Positions 1-12,937 of a stretch of 64,000 bases of DNA are shown piece after piece. Below the pieces are notes generated by a model that was not told the DNA's origin, made no database searches, and worked only from the letters and a program-made list of their open reading frames with translations. Each line of letters begins with the position of its first letter. The first letter of the stretch is position 1. Both the position numbers and the translations under genes were made by a program. Location: NCBI GenBank assembly GCA_951406725.2, contig OX597820.1, positions 9,858,001 to 9,922,000 of the forward strand, given 5' to 3'. The DNA is from Octopus vulgaris (Eukaryota).

Positions 1-195
1 TTCAGTCATTTGACTGCGGCCCTGCTGGAGCACCTCCTTTAGTCGAACAAATCGACCACAGGACTTATTCTTTGTAATCCTAGTACTTATTCTATGACAG
101 TCTTTTGCCAAATCGCTAAGTTTCAGGGACATAAACAAATCAACATCGATTGTCAAGCGATGGTGGGGACAAACACAGACACACAAACATATACA
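1..195 (-). mobile_element. SINE family A, 3' half (runs off window start)
   Basis: Reverse complement of the family A 3' module (gctccagc.ggccgcagtcaaatgactgaa) seen in the full copy at 3519-3945. Confidence 0.85.
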
Positions 196-296
196 TACAA
201 ATGCACTCACAAATCCAGGCATACTTCAAACATGCTCGTACATTAATACATACACGCAGACACAAAGACACACACACACACACACATACATTCACA

Positions 297-340
<44 letters not shown>

Positions 341-372
341 TGTACATTTTATACATATATACACATATATGT

Positions 373-1250
373 AATCCATATCAAACTTTACACTGCACTT
401 ACAGGGAATCGAGTCACCCTGGATCTGTGATCAATGAAAGAATGAAAAGCGTCTCCATTCGAGTAGCTAAATTGTCTGCTAATAAGGAAATGAATATTTA
501 ACGACAATGCCTGGTATTATAATGCGGCTCGTAAAAGAAGGAAAAAATTACATACATACACAACTTTAGCCCCAAAAGTCACATTAAATATTTGTACAAT
601 GAAATATTAACACAGATATCTTCAACAGTTAGGCATATAAATTCCATATCCGGTAACTTGAACTACTCTAAAATTGCTAGTTTAAAATGATAATAAATAT
701 CGTGGTAACTGCAATAATAATAGTTATAAATTCACCACCAATAGTTTTGCTCATAAAAATGGAAATAATAATAAACGAATTTTCCTTTATCTCTTAAACA
801 TAGAACCCATATTTAACTACGTCCAGTTTTATTTTTCTGACTGTTGGTTGTCTTTATTAATCTTGATCGACAAATTCTGTATGTGATAGTTGATAGAGTA
901 TCAATTTTTCGTCCTTTTCGTCACCACGAAAATGCGATGATGATGCAGAAAAATTTCTAAGTACTTATCGAGTCTGATATAGATGCAGGCTTTGCACTAC
1001 TTAATCACACTTAAAAATGATAAAAACAGATAATGTTAATGAAACAAATATTCGCACAATAAACGAAAGAAAAAAATGAAAATAATAAATTGATAAAAAA
1101 CAGAAATAAATACTTTAGAAAATAATTTGACTTTTAAGTAAACTGTGTTAGAAAACAAATTTATCCTGGGATTTGAAGAAAATACTTTTGAAGAAATAGA
1201 AATTTTCGGAAGATACATTTTTAGATAAGAGGTGTTAAGAGATTTTTTTA
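373..1250 (+). pseudogene. Decayed Penelope-like retroelement ORF remnant (RT C-terminal region, possibly GIY-YIG tail)
   Basis: Frame from 373 reads YRESSHPGSVINERMKSVSIRVAKLSANKE, then after a frameshift IFNDNAWYYNAA. This resembles the PLE RT motif SNHP..I.....I..RLS.LS.N..IF.....Y..AL. Stops and frameshifts present; right boundary uncertain. Confidence 0.55.
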
Positions 1251-1324
1251 TATGGTTGAAGATAAAATTTTCGCGATCATGTATTTATATTTGTTTATAT
1301 GGTGTTTAAAATAGACACATTAAT

Positions 1325-1456
1325 GCAGGCACGACTGTGTGGTTAAGAAGCACGTTTTTGCAACCATAACTAAACAGGTGATTCCAGGTTCAATATCCCT
1401 GCGCGGCACCATAAGGAAGTGTCTTCAACTAAGACCACTGACCAACCAATGCCTTG
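1325..1456 (+). mobile_element. Degenerate SINE family A head
   Basis: gactgtgtggttaagaagc ... ggttcaat ... aagtgtcttc ... gaccaaccaatgccttg. Confidence 0.6.
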
Positions 1457-1665
1457 GCCCGAGAGTTTCGTATGTTGGCATTTATCAAAGTGTCAACACA
1501 CGAAACTCTCGGACCATGAGTCACTCTGTTGTTTCTGTTAAATATTAATAAAAATATACATATATTCATAATTTGAGTTCTATTTTTCCCGATTTCACTA
1601 ACATACCTAATCATAAATACATATGTATGAATGTATGTATGTATGTATATATATGTATATATATG

Positions 1666-1740
<75 letters not shown>

Positions 1741-1744
<4 letters not shown>

Positions 1745-1897
1745 AGAGTTCACGGAGAAAACAAAAGACGAATAATACAGGTGGTGTAGAAAACAAACAG
1801 ATGTATTAGTATAATGCTCGGAAATTGAAAAAGTCTTTTACATTTCGAGCCTACGCTCTTCTATAGAAAGGGACACAGATAGGAACAAGGAGAGAAT
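1741..1897 (-). mobile_element. Short hammerhead-motif element, family E1
   Basis: Homologous to 5480-5605, 10130-10285, 14422-14720 and 35972-36121; carries gaagagcgtaggctcgaaat; 3' end abuts (TA)n. Confidence 0.7.
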
Positions 1898-2044
1898 ACA
1901 TACAAACATTTATTACATTAAAATTTCTATCTTACCAACCGAAAACAGAGATTGACAAAATTAGCTAAATTAGCATAGAATAATGGTTCCATATTTTTTT
2001 TATAATTAAGATCTAAACTGTTGATATAAGAATCTGAAAGAAAT

Positions 2045-2075
2045 AACTGTAAACCTACTTTTGGGCTACCCTGTA
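2045..2075 (-). mobile_element. Isolated Tc1/mariner-type terminal inverted repeat
   Basis: Reverse complement reads TA-CAGGGTAGCCCAAAAGTAGGTTTACAG; partner TIR not found. Confidence 0.4.
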
Positions 2076-2412
2076 TATACACACCCATAAGTGCGCAAAT
2101 ACATTTATCGATCAAGTAAGGGAGCTTCTACTAGATGATCGCTCGATTCGCTAGAAACTGAAAGAGGATGTATTTATTAATGAGTTCCGAGGTAAACTGA
2201 GACGGAAGGATGGTGATGGTTAGACACGTGATTGATTACGACTGTAATTTTCACAAGAGGTGCACACACATACTATATGATATACATACATTCATACATA
2301 CATACATACATACATAAATATACACACAGGCACACACATACGCGCACACAGACATAAGTATATATATATGCATATGTATATATATACATCATTGTATCTA
2401 TGCATCGACTTT

Positions 2413-2683
2413 CAGTTGCTGTTAGACACCGCTGGTCACAATGCGCCTGCTAACTTGTAGGTTTCGAAAGATGCCAAAGCGCTGCTTAGGCGAGGTGGGC
2501 AACTTTGCCCCTGAAAGGAACGCCGGTCCGTTGCAATGATTACTCATTTTTGCCTGCTGAGTGGGCTGGAGCAACATGAAATGAAGTACCTTGCTAAAGA
2601 ACACAACGTACAGCCCGACCTGGGTTTCGAAACCACGATCTTCTGATCACGAATGCAACGCCCTTACCACTAGGTCATATCCC

Positions 2684-2688
<5 letters not shown>
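2413..2688 (-). mobile_element. tRNA-derived CORE-like SINE carrying tail type 2
   Basis: Minus strand: A box tgacctagtgg, B box ggtttcgaaaccc, CORE-like ctttagcaaggtactt...ccactcagc; 3' gcgcattgtgaccagcg shared with 10317-10438 and 34969-35280. Confidence 0.7.
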
Positions 2689-2737
<49 letters not shown>

Positions 2738-3093
2738 CTATGCGTACCCTTTATTCTCTATTTATAAAAACAAATCCTTCAGTCTTTCTTTATTTCTTTC
2801 TCTCTGTCTCTTCTCCTTTTCCTCTTGATTTACAAACGCATACTTAACTCGTACTTGTCCGCCTCTCCCCGTGGTTACAGTGGTTGTATTGACGAACACG
2901 TGACCTTTAATTAGTAATGGACCAAAGCTATTAACTCATTAGATGACGCGGGAGGAGAAATGTGATACAATATAAGTACAAAACACGAAATGTAAAACAC
3001 GAGGAATTAATCCATTTGCTGTGTACTTCCGGACTCTGGCGACTTAAAGATTAGTAAACAGAATTACCAGGGCAACAAGCAACAACAACAACA

Positions 3094-3465
3094 GTGGAGG
3101 CGCAGTGGTTAGGGAAGCGGACTCGCGGTCGGAGGATCGCGGTTTCGATTCCCAGACCGGGCGTTGTGTGTGTTTATTGAGCGAAAACACCTAAAAGCTC
3201 CACGAGGTTCCGGCAGTGGGTGGTGACTTGTACTCTTTCGCTCCAACTTTCTCTCACTCTTTCTTCCTGTTTCTTGTCCCCCGACTTCCTACGCAACCGC
3301 TGAGCCTGGATGCGCATTCATCCATCCGTCGATGCTCTCGGTGTCGGGGGTTGACCTGCTTTTCTCTTCTGCGGGTCTTACGAATAGCAAAGGACTACGT
3401 TTCGGACTTCTCCCACTACAGGGACGAAGACCGCTTCGCTCAACAAACAAACAAACAAACAAAGC
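3094..3465 (+). mobile_element. SINE family C (tRNA-Arg-like head) with tail type 4 ending in (ACAA)n
   Basis: gcagtggttagg..cggactcgcggtc..ggtttcgattccc head; flanked by direct repeat agcaacaacaacaa (3078-3091 / 3466-3479). Confidence 0.85.
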
Positions 3466-3518
3466 AGCAACAACAACAATGTCAACAGCAACGGAAATAG
3501 CGAACGGTGTAGTAACAT

Positions 3519-3945
3519 AGGCGCAGGAGTGGCTGTGTGGTAAGTAGCTTGTTTACCAACCACATGGTTCCGGGTTCAGTCCCACTGCGTGGCACCTTGG
3601 GCAAGTGTCTTCTACTATAGCCTCGGGCCGACCAAAGCCTTGTGAGTGGATTTGGTAGACGGAAACTGAAAGAAGCCCGTCGTATATATGTATATATATA
3701 TGTATATATATGTGCGTGTGTGTGTTTGTGTGTCTGTGTCTGTCCCCCTAGCATTGCTTGACAACCGATGCTGGTGTGCTTATGTCCCCATCACTTAGCG
3801 GTTCGGCAAAAGAGACCGATAGAATAAGTACTGGGCTTACAAAAGAATAAGTCCCGGGGTCGAGTTGCTCGACTAAAGGCGGTGCTCCAGCATGGCCGCA
3901 GTCAAATGACTGAAACAAGTAAAAGAGTAAAGAGTAAAAGAGTAA
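3519..3945 (+). mobile_element. SINE family A, full length (tRNA head, CORE-like box, internal TA/TG microsatellite, short-repeat tail)
   Basis: A box tggctgtgtgg, B box ggttcagtccc, ccttgggcaagtgtct, 3' (agtaaaag)-type repeats; near-identical copies at 24145, 31567, 32804, 44764 and 60625. Confidence 0.92.
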
Positions 3946-4429
3946 ACGAAAACCACAGCAATATCATTAGAACAATACTTTTGTGCTGTTGGTGTCCTGA
4001 CCAAACGGTATTGTTCGTCTGCTTACTTTTAGCCTCCTCTAGATTCGGTCAACAATGAAACTTGGCAGACTTCTCTTTCGTTGAGAATGCAAAGCTGAAA
4101 GGCAACGATTCTCATTCAGCAATTACACGGCATGTTTCTGCTTTTTGTTGGACTACAAATGGTTCTCCTCATCTATCGGCATTTGTTTGATCCACCAATA
4201 GAAACAGATATATATGTGGGTGTTTTGTGTATGGTGTATGGTGCTTACGGGTACAAGCTTTACGTAAGTGATTGCGTGTATATGTATGCATGTATTCATG
4301 TATGAATGAATGCCTGTATATTGATAAACGTATACATCTCTGCTTTCAAGTATGTGTATTCTAGATGCACGCACATACTATATATCATGTGACTGCGTAT
4401 GGATATTTACATGTGGATTATATCTGTCT

Positions 4430-4882
4430 GCGCGTGCGGCTGTGTTGTTGAGAAGCACACTTTGGAATCACATGGTTTCGAGTTCAATTCCATTACACGG
4501 TAGCTTGGAAGAAAGAGTCTTTTGTTATAATCTAAGGGTGACTAATACCTTGTGACTAAATTTGGTAGACGGAAACTTTATGGAAATCATTCTAATATGT
4601 GTGAGTGTGTTTGTGTATGTGTGTGTGTGTGTGTGTGGCCCTGAGTGTGTCTTTGTGTTTGTCTCCCCCAACCCTTATAACCAGTGTTGGTTTGTTTACG
4701 TCCCCGTAACTCTGAGGTTCCGCAAACTTGACTGATAGAATAAATACCAGACTTAACCCTCCCCAACAAAAAACAAACAAACAAAAAGATATCGGGGTCT
4801 TATTTGCTCGACTAAGTACTTCAAGGTGATGCTCCAGCATGACCATAGTCCAGTGACTAAAACATGTAAAAGATAAAAGATA
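4430..4882 (+). mobile_element. SINE family A, diverged full copy
   Basis: Head, internal (TG)n and 3' module all recognisable. Confidence 0.75.
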
Positions 4883-4892
4883 AATATATATG

Positions 4893-4951
<59 letters not shown>

Positions 4952-5000
4952 CTATGTTTTTGTGTGTGTATATATATCTATGTATGTATGTCTGTATGTA

Positions 5001-5032
<32 letters not shown>

Positions 5033-5479
5033 ATGGAGATCCTATATAAATGTCATCTTCGCAGGCAATGAATCCAAACGTTATAACAATGTTTCAACTC
5101 GTTCTTACAATCTTCTCGTTTGTAATCGCATTGAACGTTCGTGCAACTGTTATCAATGGATGGCACTGAATGAATACGAACCGGGTTAATGTTAACATTT
5201 GACATATGGAACAGTCGCCAGACAGCCTCGACATGGAATGCAGTTCCAGACTAACGCACACTAACATTGATGGATATTAATTTTAGTACTAAAAATGGTC
5301 AGGAAAGCTGACAATGCATGTACCAGAAGAATAGCAAACAGGGGAGGAATGGCGTGATTCTATAAGCTTTTAGTTGACACCGGTGAATAAATTTTATGCA
5401 AAATCTACTTGGGTTCAGTGTCACTGAGCGGCACCTATCCCCGGGTAGACCAAAGCCGTTACGTACTGGACCGTTGAAC

Positions 5480-5605
5480 TGGTGGTGAAGAGCGTAGGCT
5501 CGAAATGTAAAAGACTTTTTCATTTTTCACAAGCGTCAAACTTATACACTTGCTTGTTGTTTATACACTTGTCTTCGCCTTTTGCTTTTCTATAAATTTC
5601 AACTA
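5480..5605 (+). mobile_element. Family E1 element (hammerhead-like motif with degenerate core)
   Basis: gaagagcgtaggctcgaaatgtaaaagac...taaatttcaacta followed by (TACA)n. Confidence 0.65.
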
Positions 5606-5663
5606 CATACATACATACATACATACATACATACATACATACATACATACATACATACATACA

Positions 5664-5880
5664 TACGAGGGGTTCTGAAAAGTTCCTGGCTTTGGGTAAA
5701 ACAAAATACGGGAGGATCAGCTAATTATGGTTTTATTCAATATATTCCTCTCACAAATTCACGCACATATTGCAGTGGTTCTTCAGTTTCTCTAAGCCCT
5801 GTAAAAAAACTCAGCCCCGTAAAAAAAAAAAAATCAGTAAGTCGAGCCTCCAGCCAGTCGTTTCGCGACAGCCTTAAAGC
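5664..5880 (-). mobile_element. Mariner 3' end remnant (TIR plus transposase C-terminus)
   Basis: TA-CGAGGGGTTCTGAAAAGTTCC TIR; minus strand reads FLQGLEKLKNHCNMCVNL*EEYIE*, like the mariner C-terminus G.xKL..RW.KC....GEY.E*. Confidence 0.7.
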
Positions 5881-5886
5881 TCACTC

Positions 5887-6520
<634 letters not shown>

Positions 6521-6521
6521 T

Positions 6522-6650
6522 ACCAAATCCACTCACAAGGCTTTGGTCGGCTCGAGGCTATAGTAGAATACACTTTTCCAAGGTGCTACGCAGTGGGACT
6601 GAACCCGGAACCATGTGGTTTTGAAGAATGCTTCTTACCACACCAGCGCC
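6522..6650 (-). mobile_element. SINE family A head
   Basis: accaaatccactcacaaggctttggtcgg...gggactgaacccggaaccatgtgg. Confidence 0.8.
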
Positions 6651-7099
6651 TTCATGTACATGTATAAAGTATTAAGGAAAATGTCGAAGATTTAGAGTTA
6701 CAAGCGATATATCTTCCAGCATGAAACAAGACATTAACGAACTTGGATTTGTGTAGAAGGCGAGTAAGAATATATGTCGAAGATTCCAAATGGTCATCAT
6801 GGAAGAAACGACACAAGTTGTAGAAGTTTAATGGCATTTAAAGAGTTAACTGTTGTTGAAAAAATAACGGTGAGAGAATCTCAACGCTACGAGGTCACCA
6901 GATTTATAGGTCGTATTGTTTCTTGCTGTCGACGATGTTTTATCTTTTGTAACATTGCCCTGAGGTAAATGACCGTTAAAGAAAGCCAAAACATAAAAGA
7001 AGCCAATTAAAAGAAAATAAGAAACAGTCAGTCATATAAACACAGACATATACTCACACATACACTGACGCTTACACACGTACACACACACGCACACTT

Positions 7100-7134
<35 letters not shown>

Positions 7135-7450
7135 CAATCACGCACACCCAAAAATACACACAGTCATTCTCATACACACACACAATCGTTCAGCTGCGCG
7201 CACACACACACACACACACTCACAATCATTCACGCGCACATGCACACAACCGCCCACAAACTGGCGTTTATACACATATATATATATATACATAGATACA
7301 AACACACATGTATACGTGTACCTAAGCATTCGCGCACACAAATACCTTCCCCCTCATACTCACACATACACACACAAACACACAAATACACTCGCAAACA
7401 CATTCACACACACACTCACACAGATGCACACTGTCACACACAACCCACAC

Positions 7451-7500
<50 letters not shown>

Positions 7501-7689
7501 ATAATAATAAAGGGTAAACTTAATTAATCAATAATTAATAATTTTACCAAGTAGTTCGGTATGTTAAAAGAGCCATTATCGGTAAATTTATACAAAAATT
7601 ATTATAATTATAAACATAATTATAATTAGGGCTTAGCAAACATTGCTTCACCACGTACCGAAATTTAGGAATAGCGTGCTAACGTTTCT

Positions 7690-7925
7690 TATTTCTTTAT
7701 TGCCTACAAGGGGCTAAACATAGAGGGGACAAACAAGGACAGACACACAGATTAAGTCGATTACATCGACCCCAGTGCGTCACAGGTACTTATTTAATCG
7801 ACCCCGAAAGGATGAAAGGCAAGGTCGACCTCGGTGGAATTTGAACTCAGAACGTAGCGGCAGCAGACGAAATACCGCTAAGCATTTCGCCCGGCGTGCT
7901 AACATTTCTGCCAGTTCACCGCCTT
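7690..7925 (-). mobile_element. SINE family B (tRNA-like head plus Meta/MESC-like central domain)
   Basis: Minus strand: ctggcagaaatgttagcacgccgggcgaaatgc..gagttcaaatt..gcctttcatcctttcggggtcgattaaataagtacc; the domain name is from recall, unverified. Confidence 0.85.
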
Positions 7926-8563
7926 TATCCGAGTCCAAATATTGACACCCCTCTGGTTCTTTCGGAGACTAGACAGAGCTACAGAAGCTTTCCTATTAAA
8001 AATGTCACAAATACAAATACTTTGGATTAACTGTCCGCAAAAAAAAATAAATAAATAAAATCCTCCAATATTAGCAAAACCAAAAGTAACAAGATGTTCT
8101 GCCACCTTGGTAGTACGGCTGGTGGCACGATCAGGTTGAATTAGGGATCGAGGCATTTGGAAATGTTATCTAACTATTGTGAAACAGTTGTAGTGTTTCC
8201 TTGCAAATGCGAGTACATGTGCACCAGTAAATATCTCTGTGTATGGCCGTAAGGCATAGTCTTGCTATCAGCAATACTCTTCACACTTGATGCTTGAAGA
8301 CAGCATATAACACCATTTGGAAAGGTATTGGGGTTCTGACGAAAATAATACTTCCTGGCAAAATGCTGTTTACAAACTTTGCTAACAAAGAAAAGCAAAA
8401 ACAAAACAAACAAAAAAATGAATAGGCGCAGGCTTTGCAACCACATGGTTTCGGGTTCAGCCTGACAGCGGAGCACCTTGGACGAGAGTCTTCTGTTCTA
8501 GCTCCGAACCGACCAATGCCATTCTGAGTGAATTTAAACCCGCCGTGTATGTATATATATATG

Positions 8564-8797
8564 TTAGAAGAAATGAGGTACTCAGAAAATCGGATGGTTT
8601 ATATTTACAGATATTTATTTGTATATTACATGTATGATATATATAAAAAATTTAGTTTGATTTGAAAACCCCACCAGAATGAGAGAAAGCGCTAATACAT
8701 GATCTAAGTTATATGATATATATAAAAAAATGTAATATACAAATAAATATCTGTAAATATAAACCATCCGATTTTCTGAGTACCTCATTTCTTCTAA
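8564..8797. repeat. Perfect 68-bp inverted repeat with ~98-bp spacer
   Basis: 8564-8631 is the exact reverse complement of 8730-8797; flanked by (TA)n. Confidence 0.9.
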
Positions 8798-8828
8798 TAT
8801 AAAATACCTGTACATCATCTCAAAACCT

Positions 8829-9756
<928 letters not shown>

Positions 9757-9759
9757 AGG

Positions 9760-9892
9760 AGCACTCCGTCGGTTACGACGATGACGGTCCCAGCTGATAC
9801 GATCAACAGAACAGCCTGCTCGTGAAATTAACGTGCAAGTGGCTGAGTATTCCACAGACACGTGAACCGTTAACGTAGTTCTCAGCGTGACA
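9760..9892 (-). mobile_element. SINE tail type D fragment
   Basis: cactccgtcggttacgacg...gctcgtgaaattaacgtgcaagtggctgag, same as 36127-36290. Confidence 0.8.
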
Positions 9893-10156
9893 CCAGTTTT
9901 ATCCTGCTTTAACTCCCTACACTTTGGACTTACAACTGCCTGAACTTCTCCTCGTCTACATACCAGCACTCCACCCGGATTACCACTGGGTATACATACG
10001 GATTTCACTGGACTCTTCCGTTGATGAACATTCGCTCCAATACACTACGACATTTGAGCCTTTTAGAATTTTTTTGAACTTTTTGTTTTTTCTTTCATGC
10101 TTGATCGCTAAATCCACAAGTTTTTAAAATTCTCTTTCTGTTTATTTCATCGTGTT

Positions 10157-10194
10157 TCTTTCTGCTGAAGAGCGTAGGCTTGAAACGTAAAAGA
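10157..10194 (+). ncRNA. Minimal type I hammerhead-like motif (variant core CUGCUGA)
   Basis: tcttt-CUGCUGA-A-GAGC(GUAG)GCUU-GAAAC-GUA-aaaga; 5-bp stem I. Confidence 0.5.
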
Positions 10195-10279
10195 CTTTCT
10201 CCCTTTTCCGAGCGTCAAACTAATACACCTGCTTGTTATTCGTACACGCGTCTTCGTCTTTTGTTTTACTGTAAATTCC

Positions 10280-10316
<37 letters not shown>

Positions 10317-10320
<4 letters not shown>

Positions 10321-10438
10321 CCTGCTCCTTTAGCCAGCGGGGTGGCGTCATTTGAAGGCTAAAACAATACGAAGCGCATTGTGACCAGCGATGTGTAACA
10401 ACATCTGATAGCCTGGTCGGTCACGTGATCACGTGATA
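10317..10438 (+). mobile_element. 5'-truncated SINE tail type 2 inserted within a (TA)n array
   Basis: ttggcctgctc..gcgcattgtgaccagcgatgtgt..ggtcacgtgatcacgtgat, with (TA)n on both sides; matches the 3' end of 34969-35280. Confidence 0.8.
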
Positions 10439-10544
10439 TATATATATATATATATGTATACCAAAATGCAACCACATGTGAATCGTTGGGGGATGATTTT
10501 TTTCCGTCCGTCTTCCTTTTCTATTGGACTTTCCCCTGCCACCT

Positions 10545-10579
10545 GTTTCTGAAGAAGAGCCTTGCTCGAAACGTAAAAC
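10545..10579 (+). ncRNA. Minimal type I hammerhead ribozyme motif with canonical core
   Basis: gttt-CUGAAGA-A-GAGC(CUU)GCUC-GAAAC-GUA-aaac: CUGANGA and GAAA boxes, stem II, palindromic ACGU stem III, GUA cleavage triplet, 4-bp stem I. Confidence 0.65.
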
Positions 10580-10733
10580 TACCTTTCTTTCCTTCCCTGA
10601 GCGTCTGCTAATACTTTACATGTACCACGTCATCGCGTTGTTGGTTTTTATGTTTATTTTTCGTTTTTTTTTTGTGGGGGGATTTACTATATATTCCTCT
10701 GTCTTCCCTTCTCTGGATCTTTCCTTCTCCTAT

Positions 10734-10768
10734 GTTTCCGACGAAGAGCTCCGCTCGAAACGCTGAAC
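10734..10768 (+). ncRNA. Hammerhead-like motif (variant core CCGACGA) in a tandem family E2 copy
   Basis: gttt-CCGACGA-A-GAGC(UCC)GCUC-GAAAC-GCU-gaac; unit ~10690-10870 repeats ~10500-10690. Confidence 0.5.
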
Positions 10769-10873
10769 CCTCCTTCTTTCCTTCTTTCCTGAGCGTCCAA
10801 TAATACTATATTTGTTCCACGTCCTCGCGTTGTTGTGTTTTTTTGTGCTTTCTTGTTTGGATTAACTTTATAC

Positions 10874-10932
<59 letters not shown>

Positions 10933-10947
10933 AAATATATATATATT

Positions 10948-10991
<44 letters not shown>

Positions 10992-11444
10992 CGTGTGTGT
11001 ATTTTTTGTGTCTGTATTTGTCCTCACACCGCTCAACGATCAGTGTTGGATTATTTATGTCCTTGTAACATAGTGGTTCGGGTCACTAACCTTATTAACA
11101 TAAACCCTAAGCTGAGATAGTAAATACAAAAGAACAGCAACAATAGTGTTCTCATTAAAGCTTCCCACCTCGAACTATCCTCTACGGCCATCTCACAAAT
11201 CTGCAGGAATAGATTGTACGGTGGAAAGTGTACAACATATACAGACAACAACGTTATATCAAGCACGATTAATCAATGTTTATTTGGTGTTTGCAGTTTT
11301 GTCTTCAGCGAGGTTGAGGCCTGAGTCATCTGGAATAATGATAAATATTTGAGTGGCGCCTCGTCGCTCGACTGTCATTCTGTATTTAATATTTCATTAA
11401 TCTTTAATTAATGAAATGTATAAATATATATGTATATATATGAG

Positions 11445-11549
<105 letters not shown>

Positions 11550-11558
11550 TATGTATAT

Positions 11559-11693
<135 letters not shown>

Positions 11694-11699
11694 ATATGT

Positions 11700-11787
<88 letters not shown>

Positions 11788-11896
11788 CATACAAACACAC
11801 AGACACATGTATATGTGAGAGTTTGCGAGTGTGTAGATATCTGTATACATCCATCCATCTATCCATCCATCCATCCATACATACATACATAATATA

Positions 11897-12452
11897 AACA
11901 AAAATACCCTGTTGTTGATGTTGAAATTCCAATGAAGGAACCTTGGATCTAGGTTAGAAACCGATTCTTTCTCCATTGGCGAGAAATCTTCAATTAAATT
12001 GAATAATGACATACATACATAAATACACACAGTAGACGGAAACTTTGGAAACCCTCGTATGCATATATATAGATCTCACTCTCCCCCTCTCTCTCTTTCT
12101 CTCTCTCTCTCTCTATACATATATATATATATGTATGTGTGTGTGTGTGTTTGTGTGTATCCTCCACCGCTTGACAATAGCGTTTCTTTGTTTACGTTCA
12201 CGTAACTTAACGGTCCGGTAAAAGAAACCGATAGAGTAAGTTACAAAGTTTTAATAACACGTAATTGTTTGATTTGATCGACTAAGCCCATTCGAGGCGG
12301 CGCCCCAGCATGGCCGCGGCCCAGTAAGTGAAACAAGTACGAGATGAACGAAGGTATGGATTGAGTTGAGGCTACACGAAATGACATTTGCTTAAGATGC
12401 CATGCGGTGGGACCGAACCAGGGAGCTTATGGCTGCAAAACGATGCATACAG

Positions 12453-12488
<36 letters not shown>

Positions 12489-12789
12489 TGAAAATGAACG
12501 AAGAAGCTATACATGTATGTAATTGTGCATATTTACATGTATGTATGTATGTATGTATGTATGTATGTATGTATGTATGTATGTATGTATGTATGTATGT
12601 ATGTATGTATGTATGTATGTATGTATGTATGTATGTATGTATGTATGCATGTATGCATGTATGTATGTATGTATGTATGTATGTATGTATGTATGTATGT
12701 ATGTATGCATGCATGCATGCGTGTATGTATGTATGTATGTATGTATGTATGTATGTATGTATGTATGTATGTATGCATGTATGTATGTA

Positions 12790-12821
<32 letters not shown>

Positions 12822-12937
12822 CATGTCATTGTTCAGTTTCATTTCAAGATTTCTTGCCAATAGAGAAAGAACCGGTTTCTAACCTGGATCCAAGTCTCGT
12901 TCATTGGAATTTCAACATCAACAACGGGGTATTTTTG
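11897..12937. repeat. Inverted pair of a ~115-bp element (11897-12012 +, 12825-12937 -)
   Basis: aaaaataccc.gttgttgatgttgaaattccaatgaa..ttggatc.aggttagaaaccg.ttctttctc.attggc present in both orientations. Confidence 0.8.
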
